From contig NIVC01002773.1 in the NCBI GenBank assembly GCA_002269645.1, positions 1-64,000 on the forward strand: 64,000 bases of DNA, in the 5' to 3' direction. The DNA comes from Macrostomum lignano. Lineage: Eukaryota. A program made the position numbers and the translations under genes. The notes under the pieces were generated by a model. It had not been told where the DNA came from. It was given only the letters and a program-made list of their open reading frames with translations, and did not search any database. Of this stretch, positions 23,741 through 34,314 are shown in pieces. How positions within the stretch are numbered: position 1 is the stretch's first letter; every line of letters starts with the position of its first letter.

Positions 23741-23897
23741 ATATGTGGCCGGGGTAGCCTGCCAGCTTCAGCCTCAGCTTTCTTAGCACAAGTTTTGGAA
23801 GAAAACCATTGAATGTCTGCCTATTAATATTGCAGATATCTTTAATGGTTTCACAATTCTTAGCGTTTAGTAAGGTTAGATTAATTTTCCTTTTCAG

Positions 23898-23908
23898 ATC
23901 GCTACTGA
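23898..23908 (+). CDS. tra2: Tra2 terminal coding mini-exon (..DRY*)
   Basis: TTTTCCTTTTCAG|AT CGC TAC TGA in phase 1; mirrors the xRY* last exon of vertebrate TRA2B. Confidence 0.7.
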
Positions 23909-24465
23909 TGGTCCTGTGCATCCGCGGCCAGGCTTGCAGTTGTGCTGTTTTTAAACTTTGTAAGACTGCCATTGGCCCGGCCACTTCAATGCCAGCTATT
24001 CTGGGGTGGAATGTACTTTTGTCTGTTGTCACTTTTATTGGTATTTGTTATCTAATCCAGTCCAGTTACAATATGTTATGAATATAAGTTGGTTTTGTCT
24101 CATCCTTCTTACCTGGCAGCAGAAGCGGGCTCGTGTATTCTGAGAGCTGACATCAAACAGATCTGAGCTGACTGTTGGCACTTTAACGTTCCTTAATACA
24201 ATATAGTGTTTGTTTTTTGTTCAACTAATTTACTAAACTCAAATCAGCTAATTTAATTTTTTCCCTTCTAAGTTTTTTTTTCTCGTCTAAACTCTTACTT
24301 TGCTACTGTCGTGAGTAGACGTCTTGGGTAATCTGACATTTTGCTCCGACGATACGCTGAACGCAGGGTTTTTTTAAAAATTAGTTTTAAATGATGTTTT
24401 ACTCTGGTGTTCGTCCGGCCTTTCACTTACGCTTGAAATCCCCCCATTCCGCCTGTTCTATAAAG

Positions 24466-24611
24466 GTTTTCTGAGAAGATTAAGGACAAGAGTGGCTATT
24501 GACAAGTGATGAAGATTAACAAGACGGGTTGACAAGAGAAGTGTGAAGATGATGAGAAGAGAGAACGAAGTAAGACAGTCTGACAGGGCTAGAAGAAGTG
24601 AAGATTTCTAG
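24466..24611 (+). other. GAA-rich candidate alternative/poison exon, with a second donor at 24701
   Basis: Acceptor TTCTATAAAG|GTTT; many AGAA/GAAG motifs; donors CTAG|GTAAGT (24611) and GCAG|GTAAGT (24701). Confidence 0.5.
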
Positions 24612-25446
24612 GTAAGTTGCTCAAGCCTTTAATAAGATTTTGTGTGAGCTATCCTGCCCGGATCCGTCTGTCTTCTCCTGTGGGTAAAAGTTGGACTGCA
24701 GGTAAGTGCGACCTGGTGATTTATTAATAGTAGTGCTAATAATAACTTTATATGTGTCAACTATGAACAAATACAAATAACAATAATAATAATAAACCCT
24801 GTGCTCAAGCAAGTCTTATTATAATTCAGCGTTTCATTTCTGTCGGTTTGTAAGAAAGTCTCTTTGTTCTTGTTTTCTTTTTATTGCCTCTGAGTACTAT
24901 AGCTAAGTAGCATAGATTAAATACGAGTTTAGTAAGCGCTTTCTTATCAGTCAGCAGTATACGTCAGCGCCTACTTATAGATAGATGACCTGCCATCTGG
25001 CAGTCTAGCACTGTGGCTTATCCCCTCACCTTGTGCAGTTCAATCTGCTTATAGTACAATAGCCGCCCCACGGGCTGCTCACTCAAGGTGCACATGTGAA
25101 TCATTTGAAATCGGCCACCTGAGATTGTGAACGCAGCTATTTAGCAGAACTCGCACTTTAATTCACTTTGGCGCCTGTCTTGGATTTTGAGTGCAATCTG
25201 TTATCCAGAGAGTCACTGACTGATTTGAGACGAGCAACTCACTCAAGAATTAGAGTTGATGTTCCTGTTTTCCAGAGTATAGGAATTCCTGCAAAAGTGA
25301 AACGCTTAGTCGCTTATAGTGTATTTTTTCTCAAGCAAGTTGGACCTCCTCTTTTTATTGCCATTTATTATACCACTGAAACTAAAACTCAAAAGAGCTT
25401 TCATGCAAAGCTAAAAATTTAAATAAAAGGTCTAAAATCCAGGATG

Positions 25447-25890
25447 AATAATCTCCTTCCCAAAGCTAAAATCCCCAATCCCTTATCAATAATCCCCATC
25501 CCAAATCTAAGATCCCCAATCCCTTATCAATAATCCCCTTCCCAAAGCTAAGATCCCCAATCCCTTATCAATAATCCCCATCCCAAAGCTAAGATCCCCA
25601 ATCCCTTATCAATAATCCCCATCCCAAAGCTAAGATCCCCAATCCCGCATCAATAATCCCCATCCCAAAGCTAAGATCCTCAATCCCTTATCAATAATCC
25701 CCATCCCAAAGCTAAGATCCCCAATCCCGCATCAATAATCCCCATCCCAAAGCTAAGATCCCCAATCCCTTATCAATAATCCCCATCCCAAAGCTAAGAT
25801 CCCCAATCCCGCATCAATAATCCCCATCCCAAAGCTAAGATCCTCAATCTCTTATCAATAATCCCCATCCCAAAGCTAAGATCCCCAATC
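25447..25890. repeat. 41-bp minisatellite (~11 units) upstream of NELF-B
   Basis: Unit CCCAATCCCTTATCAATAATCCCCATCCCAAAGCTAAGATC. Confidence 0.95.
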
Positions 25891-26103
25891 GCGAGTGTGC
25901 AAAAAATATCTAAGTGATACTTTCGATGTTTACACGTGCCAGTTGGTCAGGTAGTGATTACCGAGTGAAAATAGTAACATTAAGTAAAATACACCTTGAG
26001 CGCGCAAGTTGGTCTCATTTGTTCCAGCGCAAATCATTTGCCTCAAAGTCTAACAGAACTGGGAGGCCCATAGTAACAGATTGTTTCGACTAATTAACCA
26101 AGC

Positions 26104-26328
26104 ATGTCTTCATCAGCGCCGGCAAACTTCAAAGATGCCCTGCGCAGACACCTGGACTCGAGCAGTAACCGCTTGCCCAATGAGATCATTGAGTCCTGGC
26201 AGGCTGAGAACTCCATCCGCCTGCCATCGCTGGACGCGGCTCTGCCTCTGCTGGACCGGGTGAAGGTTCGGCGGTACGACTTCTACCAGGCCACCGCTGA
26301 GCTGCTGCGGGACCGCCTGCTCACTCGG
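26104..26328 (+). CDS. NELFB: Negative elongation factor B (COBRA1), exon 1
   Basis: WQAENSIRLPSLDAALPLLD..FYQ..ELLRDRLLTR resembles human FQTENGVLLPSLQSALPFLD..FHQ..ELRDKLLER; donor CGG|GTGAGC, phase 0. Confidence 0.88.
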
Positions 26329-26349
26329 GTGAGCACAGCGGCACCCTCC

Positions 26350-26915
26350 CCAACTCTCAGCCTATCAACTCTACCCACCCCAACTCTCACCATCTCAACT
26401 CTACTCACCCCAACTCTCACCATCTCAGCTCTACCCACCCCAACTCTCACCATCTTAACTCTACCCATTCAAATCTCAGCATCTCAACTCTACTGACCCC
26501 AACTCTCAGCCTATCAACTCTACCCACCCCAACTCTCACCATCTCAACTCTACTCACCCCAACTCTCACCATCTCAGCTCTACCCACCCCAACTCTCACC
26601 ATCTTAACTCTACCCATTCAAATCTCAGCATCTCAACTCTACCCACCCCAACTCTCAGCATCTCAACTCTACCCACCCCAACTCTCAGCATCTCAACTCT
26701 ACCCACCCCAACTCTCACCATCTTAACTCTACCCATTCAAATCTCAGCATCTCAACTCTACCCACCCCAACTCTCAGCATCTCAACTCTACCCACCCCAA
26801 CTCTCAGCATCTCAACTCTACCCACCCCAACTCTCACCATCTTAACTCTACCCATTCAAATCTCAGCATCTCAACTCTACCCACCCCAACTCTCAGCATC
26901 TCAACTCTACCCACT
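26350..26915. repeat. 30-bp minisatellite, NELF-B intron 1
   Basis: Unit CTCTCAGCATCTCAACTCTACCCACCCCAA. Confidence 0.95.
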
Positions 26916-26930
26916 CAAAAATCTGCCCAG

Positions 26931-27350
26931 ATCCGAGAGCTGGCCGCCACAGGTCGCCGTTCGAGTTACAAACGAATGGCCGAACTGCTCGAAGCGTCGT
27001 TTCCTTACCTGTCTGTGCCGACTCTCCGACCTGTGCCAATGACACTGCTGGAGCACCTGACCACCCTGCTGGAGATGCACAAGCCAGCGGTGCGCCCCCG
27101 GCTCAAGGACAAGTACTTGAAAGCGATTGCCAGCTCCGCAGAGCTCTACTCGGCTTCTCCGGTGGCAGTTAAACGTTTAATCTGGGAAGGCGATCCAAAA
27201 CTATTCGTGTCTGAGATATCGCCTTTATTGGACGAATTTGTCCGGTCCAGAGCCGTGACTGGCCTGTGCTTGGCTGACATTGACCAGCCGGTGTTGACTG
27301 TGCCGTCCAAGACTCGACGCCAGCTGCCTGTGATTCAGCATCTTCTGCAG
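26931..27350 (+). CDS. NELFB: NELF-B exon 2
   Basis: CCCAG|ATC; LLEASFPYLSVPTLRPV..ELY....AVKRLIW..LF..EISPLL..PSKTRRQ; 420 nt, phase 0-0. Confidence 0.9.
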
Positions 27351-27357
27351 GTTAGAA

Positions 27358-27690
27358 TTGAATAGACATTGAGCAGGCATTGAATAGACATTGAGCAGGC
27401 ATTGAATAGACATTGAGCAGGCATTGAATAGATATTAAGCAGGCATTGAATAGACATTGAGCAGGCATTGAATAGACATTGAGCAGGCATTGAATAGACA
27501 TTGAGCAGGCATTGGATAGACATTGAGCAGGCATTGAATAGACATTGAGCAGGCATTGAATAGACATTTAGCAGGCATTGAATAGACATTGAGCAGGCAT
27601 TGAATAGACATTGAGCAGGCATTGAATAGACATTGAGCAGGCATTGAATAGACATTGAGCAGGCATTGAATAGACATTGAGCAGGCATTA
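27358..27690. repeat. 22-bp minisatellite, NELF-B intron 2
   Basis: Unit GAATAGACATTGAGCAGGCATT, ~15 copies. Confidence 0.95.
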
Positions 27691-27740
27691 AGAGTCACTG
27701 AGTAGGCAGTGAGCAAGCCGCTCCAACTCCCCACTCGCAG

Positions 27741-28380
27741 CTGATCGGCACATCCTCTTTCCTGTACGAGCAAACCGTGGCCTGCCTCCGGGAAAAGTAC
27801 AAATGCACGGGAGCCCTGGAGGCCTGCACCCTCCGCATGGATTTGCTCATGTCGCTGCATGACGCTAAAATTGATGACGTCTGCGTTCGCGACCCGCTGC
27901 ACAAATTTGCCTGGGTGCTGGACGCATGCGGCCGGGACAGGGTGTCCGAAATCCGCCGCCTGACTGAACTGCGCAGTTTCTACAAGGCCGCCAAATCTGC
28001 CGTCAAATCTGCCGCGGCGGCTGCTGCCGCCGATGGCGACGACAACCAGGTGGGAGCTGCGCAGCTGGGCGAGGTGTCGCTGCTGTGCGCCTGTCCGCAC
28101 ATTCAAGCCACCCTGGCGCTGTGCCTGCTTTCCAGACTGGACCAGCTGGTGCTGGCCGCCCAGCTGCCCAGGACCGACTCCATCTGCAGATTCCTTGTCC
28201 GGCTGCTGCAGCTGGGACTGTCGGCCTGGGAGCTGGTGAGGCAGGACGATCAGCACCAGCAGCAGCTCGGCTGGCTCAGCGAGTCCGTGGCAGCCTGCGA
28301 ACTGCTGCCCAGCGTGGCCAGGCTCAGGCTCGAGACCCAGCTCAGGCTAGTTGGCAGGCAGACTAGGAGGCTGTTGCCAG
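27741..28380 (+). CDS. NELFB: NELF-B exon 3
   Basis: CTCGCAG|CTG; CTLRMDLLMSLHD...DPLHKFAWVLDAC is a NELF-B core motif; donor GCCAG|GTGAGC, phase 1. Confidence 0.92.
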
Positions 28381-29405
28381 GTGAGCGGGATGAGGCTGTT
28401 GCCAGATGAGCGGGATGAGGCTGTTGCCAGGTGAGCGGGATGAGGCTGTTGCCAGGTGAGCGGGATGAGTCTGTTGCCAGATGAGCGGGATGAGGCTGTT
28501 GCCAGGTGAGCGGGATGAGGCTGTTGCCAGGTGAGCGGGATGAGGCTGTTGCCAGGTGAGCGGGATGAGGCTGTTGCCAGGTGAGCGGGATGAGGCTGAT
28601 GCCAGATGAGCTGTGTGGGTGAGGCTGATGCCAGGTGAGTGGGATGGGTGAGGCTGATGCCAGGTGAGTGGGGTGGGTGAGGCTGATGCCAGGTGAGTGG
28701 GATGGGTGAGGCTGATGCCAGGTGAGTGGGGTGGGTGAGGCTGATGCCAGGTGAGCGGGGTGGGTGAGGCTGATGCCAGGTGAGCGGGGTGGGTTAGGCT
28801 GATGCCAGATGAGCGGGGTGGGTGAGGCTGATGCCAGATGAGCGGGGTGGGTGAGGCTGATGCCAGGTGAGTGGGGTGGGTGAGGCTGATGCCAGGTGAG
28901 CGGGGTGGGTGAGGCTGATGCCAGGTGAGCGGGGTGGGTGAGGCTGATGCCAGGTGAGCGGGGTGGGTGAGGCTGATGCCAGATGAGCGGGGTGGGTGAG
29001 GCTGATGCCAGGTGAGTGGGGTGGGTTAGGCTGATGCCAGATGAGCGGGGTGGGTGAGGCTGATGCCAGGTGAGTGGGGTGGGTGAGGCTGATGCCAGGT
29101 GAGCGGGGTGGGTGAGGCTGATGCCAGGTGAGCGGGGTGGGTTAGGCTGATGCCAGATGAGCGGGGTGGGTGAGGCTGATGCCAGGTGAGTGGGGTGGGT
29201 GAGGCTGATGCCAGGTGAGTGGGGTGGGTGAGGCTGATGCCAGGTGAGCGGGGTGGGTGAGGCTGATGCCAGGTGAGCGGGGTGGGTGAGGCTGATGCCA
29301 GGTGAGTGGGGTGGGTGAGGCTGATGCCAGGTGAGCGGGGTGGGTGAGGCTGATGCCAGGTGAGCGGGGTGGGTGAGGCTGATGCCAGGTGAGCGGGGTG
29401 GGTGA
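28366..29405. repeat. 25-bp then 29-bp minisatellite containing the exon 3 splice donor
   Basis: Units GAGGCTGTTGCCAGGTGAGCGGGAT and GAGGCTGATGCCAGGTGAGCGGGGTGGGT. Confidence 0.95.
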
Positions 29406-29989
29406 CTGCTTGAGCTGCTGATGTGTTAATACAAAATTTTGAACATTTTAAACGCTTTTTCAACGCCTATCGGTTGTCTGCTTTCTTATTTGAGTCTGTC
29501 TGCCCTGTCACTGTCAGGAATTGGTTGTCATCAAACTGATTTCTGAAGTGCCGTTAGACTTTTACGAGCTAAGTTATCGCCTAAAGCTTTGTCTGCATTG
29601 CCTTTTTTGACTCCGCTTTATCCGGAGCGATAAAGAATTAGTTTCTCAGAAAATTTACCGATTATTTAAAATCGGCTTATTCGCCCCTTTGCTTGAGGCG
29701 AATTTCATCGAGCTAATTGACTCCCTGGGCGGTTGTGCAAGGCGCATCAGAGGGCAGTGGCGAGGATGGGATCTTATCCTTTTAAAGCCGCTGTTAAGAC
29801 GGACGGGGGCGAACGGCGCTGGATGCGAGTCGCTCTGTACCAGAGGCGATTTTCTGTCATCTCTTATATGGTATTTTCTCTATCCACTTTCCATATTTGT
29901 CCAGACCTGGGCTGTGTGATAGAATTTGAGCTTTCATCGTCTCGGTTTCATTGCAACATAATGCTGTCACGTCTGACAAAATGTCTGTG

Positions 29990-30400
29990 TAGTGTCAGGC
30001 CAGTGTCAGTGTAGTGTCAGGCCAATGTCAGTGTTCTGTGTAGTGTCAGGCCAAATGTCAGTGTTCTGTGTAGTGTCAGGCCAAATGTCAGTGTTCTGTG
30101 TAGTGTCAGGCCAAATGTCAGTTGTTGTGTTCTAATTAACACAGAGAGTTTCTTTGATTGAAGCTTTCTCGGCGAGACACAAATCTCGCTCACAATATAT
30201 TTATAGAGATGAAACTCCTACTTGCACGTTGCATTGCCAAATCGATACGCAATCACCTACTCATTCTAGTCTGAGTACAGTATACGCCCACGCATTCAAT
30301 AAGGTCAATAGTTAATTGTCAGTGGTCAGTTCATTGCGCAAGCATTGTCAATCACAACATCAGTGTTCTGTGTAGTGTCAGGCCAAATGTCAGTGTAATG
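29990..30400. repeat. 30-bp repeat (GTGTTCTGTGTAGTGTCAGGCCAAATGTCA), split into two clusters
   Basis: Copies at ~29990-30125 and ~30355-30400. Confidence 0.8.
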
Positions 30401-30999
30401 TCAGGCAAGTAATGCTGCAGTGCCAATCCAACCAAAACTCGTCCGAAGTTACAATGTCTGTCCGAGTTGGCATTGCATTGGATTAACTTGTGCACCTGAT
30501 GAAGCTCAGGTGCATGCGATAGAATTAAGAGTCCCCCAGCAAGCGTGTCGTCTTGGCTTAGCCAAGATTCCCGCGTTGACGGGCCGGTGCCGACCTTCAC
30601 CTGTACAATTACCTGTAGTGCTCTCCGCGTCCTTGACTAGTGTGACAGGAGACTATGAATTAATCTGTGATTACTCCAACACGATCCAGAATTCCTTTAA
30701 AGCGACGAGGTTTTATTCTCGTTAAGAAGCTTTGACGATAAAATTTGATAATTTGATAAAATGCTATATTATTAGGCGGCTCAATATTGTAGGCAAAGGT
30801 TAAGTTAGGGCTCCAATCATTTTTTGCACTTTTTTGTGCTAACATTTCAGGGGAGAAACAGTAGCAACTAGGCGGCTGCTTTAAAACTGACCTGAGTTGG
30901 GCTGACTGCCGATATGTATCGAAGCTTTTGCTTCCGTGCTTTATAGCTATGAGCGTTGGGTAATACGAAGCAGCCGTTAAGCGAGTAGAAAGACGGGTG

Positions 31000-31026
31000 G
31001 ACAGACAGAGAGACAGACAGACAGAC

Positions 31027-31109
<83 letters not shown>

Positions 31110-31154
31110 TAGACAGACAGACAGTCAGACAGGCAGACAGACAGACAGATAAGC

Positions 31155-31201
<47 letters not shown>

Positions 31202-31393
31202 TAAGCAGACAGACAGACAGAAAGATAAACAGACAGACAGATAGACAGATAGACAGGCAGGCAGAGACAGACAGGGAGACAGACAAAGACAGACAGGCAG
31301 GCAGGCAGACACACACATACATACAGACAGACACAGACAGACAGACACACAGACAGACAGACACATACAGACAGACAGACACAGATAGACAGA
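31000..31393. repeat. (GACA)n microsatellite
   Basis: Direct reading. Confidence 0.95.
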
Positions 31394-31439
31394 CGTTACT
31401 GAGCTATTGCTGACCAGAGCTTTGCCTCCCCACCACCAG

Positions 31440-31729
31440 CTGCCCCGGCTCAGACCCCGTCAGCTGCCCAGCAGCAACCCAAGCCGACTGAGCCGGAGAA
31501 GAAAACGAGCGGTCGTAAGCAGCAAAAATCGAACAGCAAGTCAAAAAAGCAGCAGACTCAGAAAGAGCAGCAGCAGCCGTCGATTCTTTCGCCACCTCCT
31601 GACGAGGCGCTGCGGCCGCCGGCCCTGCCGCTGGTATGCGCTGGGTCCCGAGTCGGCCGGCTGCTGGCCCGCTACCACTGCGTGCACGTGGTCAGGGAGC
31701 TGCGCCGGACCGCAACAGACATGCTGCAG
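31440..31729 (+). CDS. NELFB: NELF-B exon 4
   Basis: CCCCACCACCAG|CT phase 1; Q/K-rich linker then LPLVCAGSRVGRLLARYHCVHVVRE; donor CAG|GTGAGT. Confidence 0.75.
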
Positions 31730-31749
31730 GTGAGTCTCGTGATCTTAGC

Positions 31750-31950
31750 TGGAGATTCTTGCAGACTTTGCCGCTTCTAGACACAGAGACCCCTGACACT
31801 CACTAGTGACCACAGAGACCCCAGACACTCACTATAGTGACCATAGAGACCCCTGACACTCACTATAGTGACCACAGAGACCCCAGACACTCACAATAGT
31901 GACCACAGAGACCCCAGACACTCCTATAGTGACCACAGAGACCCCTGACA
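31750..31950. repeat. ~30-bp minisatellite, NELF-B intron 4
   Basis: GACACTCACTATAGTGACCACAGAGACCCC(A/T). Confidence 0.9.
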
Positions 31951-32089
31951 GCCTGCGCAGAAGCCTCTGTCAAATCTGAAACCTGGCGCTCCCTGCCGGC
32001 CATGGAACCGATTTGTGCGGCAAGGGGCTTAGTCCCCAATTGCATTAATGTGCGTTACCATATCCTCACCCGCAATGCCCGTCTCCCAG

Positions 32090-32641
32090 GTGTCCTGCGA
32101 CTTGCTGCTGGATCTAATCGACGCTCTGGCCCCGCTAGACGAAGAATTCGAGCCGATGGCCCTGCAGTACGTGGCCGTGCAGCTCTGCCAGCTGCGCGAG
32201 TCCGCACGGCCCCTCGACACCAAGTCCGCCGTCGCCGCCTCGCCTGCTGTTGCAGCGGCGGCCGCCGCCTCTGCCTCCGCCGCGTCGGTCAGCGGCGACG
32301 ACAAGCTGACGCCATCGGTTGCCGACGCGTCGGTCCCCGGCTCCAGCGCCAACGATGAAGACGATATTAGCGTCGGCGGCGTCAGCAAAGACGCCGAGAG
32401 CTGCCGTCAGCTTGACCGGGTGATTCAACGGCTCTGCTCTCGGCTGCTGGGCCCGCGCGCGGCCAAGCAGCCTCTGCCAGCGGCGCTGCTCGCCCGCTGC
32501 GCTCGGCACCTGCCGGCAGAGGAGCAACCGGCTGCTGCCGCGGCACCGGCGGGTTTGACATCGCCGACAACTCCCAGCGTTGGGAGCGGCGGCAGGTCCA
32601 CGCCGTTCTTTAATCGGGCCCGCGGCGGAGGCGGGCTGTGA
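32090..32641 (+). CDS. NELFB: NELF-B terminal exon
   Basis: GTCTCCCAG|GTG phase 0; DLLLDLIDALAPLDEEF resembles human DIFLHLLTGNLALLADEF; a small intervening exon near 31960-32030 is not excluded. Confidence 0.75.
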   Translation: MSCDLLLDLIDALAPLDEEFEPMALQYVAVQLCQLRESARPLDTKSAVAASPAVAAAAAASASAASVSGDDKLTPSVADASVPGSSANDEDDISVGGVSKDAESCRQLDRVIQRLCSRLLGPRAAKQPLPAALLARCARHLPAEEQPAAAAAPAGLTSPTTPSVGSGGRSTPFFNRARGGGGL

Positions 32642-32669
32642 TCGCCCCGAAATCTAATGGACATTTGTC

Positions 32670-32980
32670 TGTATCACCCTCCCAGATCCCCAGTTGCTGG
32701 GCCAGCCTCCCAGATCCCCAGTTGCTGGGCCAGCCTCCCAGATCCTCAGTTGCTGTGCCAGCCTCCCAGATCCTCAGTTGCTGGGCCAGCCTCCCAGATC
32801 CTCAGTTGCTGGGCCAGCCTCCCAGATCCCTAGTTGCTGGGCCAGCCTCCCAGATCCCCAGTTGCTGGGCCAGCCTCCCAGATCCTCAGTTGCTGTGCCA
32901 GCCTCCCAGATCCTCAGTTGCTGGGCAGCCAGCCTCCCAGATCCTCAGTTGCTGGGCCAGCCTCCCAGCTCCTCAGTTGC
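32670..32980. repeat. 28-bp minisatellite, array A
   Basis: Unit GCCAGCCTCCCAGATCC(C/T)CAGTTGCTGG. Confidence 0.95.
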
Positions 32981-33614
32981 TGCCAATTTCGAGCAACTGT
33001 CCTGCGACATTCTGCACATCCGAGTCGCATTATTGTACAGTACAAAAGCCTGACTCGTCCCTCATTTTTGCCTTTCAAAATAAACCTGCAGACTCTGCTT
33101 GGCCATCTGCAATACTCTCGCGGGCTGCTAGTTAAAGTGTAACTCGATAATCACCGCAATGCTCTGTTTGACTGGCCTACTTTAATAAACACTCTTGAAT
33201 CTCATGGCAGCTAATCTGCCGGCCGCCTGTTGCTAAGCCGCTTCAAGGGCGTTTTTAAGCCCCCCCTTAGGAGAGTTGAGGGAGATTTGTTTATGGAGTT
33301 CTGACTTTGACAGATTCATTTGAGCAAATCCCGCGTCTTAAGGACGAGTCTCTTTCCAGTGGGTTTACACAAGAACTAATTCCGCACCTGTCTGATCTGC
33401 CTAGGCCAGGAAGATCGGCTTTCTATGAGCATATTACTGTAAATTGGTTTTTAAGCAATAGAGGCTGCTTGGATGTTGCATAAAGCAGATGTCTGCATCA
33501 CATTGAACACGACTCGAAGAGAACTTGTCGGAATTCGGCGCTGTCACAGCTGCACTTGTAATCGAACCGATGCACTTTAGGAGTTCCGAGTAGGGCTCTC
33601 AAGTCCCAACTCCT

Positions 33615-33960
33615 CTCTTGCTGGGCCAGCCTCCCAAAGTGTCAGTTGCTGGGCGAGTCTCTTAAAGTGTCACTTGCTGGGCCAACCTCCCTCCCAGATC
33701 CCCAGTTGCTGGGCCAGCCTCCCAGATCCCCAGTTGCCAGGCCAGCCTCCCAGATCCTCAGTTGCTGGGCCAGCCTCCCAGATCCCGAGTTGCTGGGCCA
33801 GCCTCCCAGATCCTCAGTTGCTGGGCCAGCCTCCCAGATCCCCAGTTGCTGGGCCAGCCTCCCAGATCCTCAGTTGCCAGGCCAGCCTCCCAGATCCCGA
33901 GTTGCTGGACCAGCCTCCCAGTGTCAGTTGCTGGGCCAGCCTCCCAGAGTGTCAGTTGCC
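33615..33960. repeat. 28-bp minisatellite, array B (same unit as A)
   Basis: Same unit recurs after ~640 bp of unique sequence. Confidence 0.95.
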
Positions 33961-34314
33961 GGACATGTCCTGTCTGAGGACTTCAGACAATTTGCCTGAG
34001 GTCATGAAGACGGATTTTCATTCATCGTACTCGTACATTCCAACTTGGGTAACTCGAATCTGTGACCTTCCCAAAATGATGGAGTATCTCCCCAGCCCCT
34101 GTGAGTGTGGAGGGGAGCCGCATCCTGAGCAGCGGTGCTCTGCTCCAACCCCGCCCCAGCGAATAGCTATCGAGCTCGGCTCCCTCACCTGTTTCTCCTC
34201 TCACAGGTACAGTGACGGCAGGTTATAAATTTAATCAAGCTGCACAGCCTTACCAGCCCTCTGAAGCCAGAAACAGAATTGGGCAACACCTGAGCTCTTG
34301 AATTCCCCGATCCA

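Noticed and set aside
24117-24170. Alternative tra2 coding exon after CTGGCAG
   Set aside because: The acceptor at 23897 gives the conserved xRY* ending and has a better pyrimidine tract; no support for this one
26329-33142. ORF extensions such as PTLTIST, SMSIQCLLNVY, HPPRSPGISL, VCLS and LLGQPPRS repeats
   Set aside because: Read-through into intronic or 3' minisatellites; splice sites give a coherent NELF-B without them
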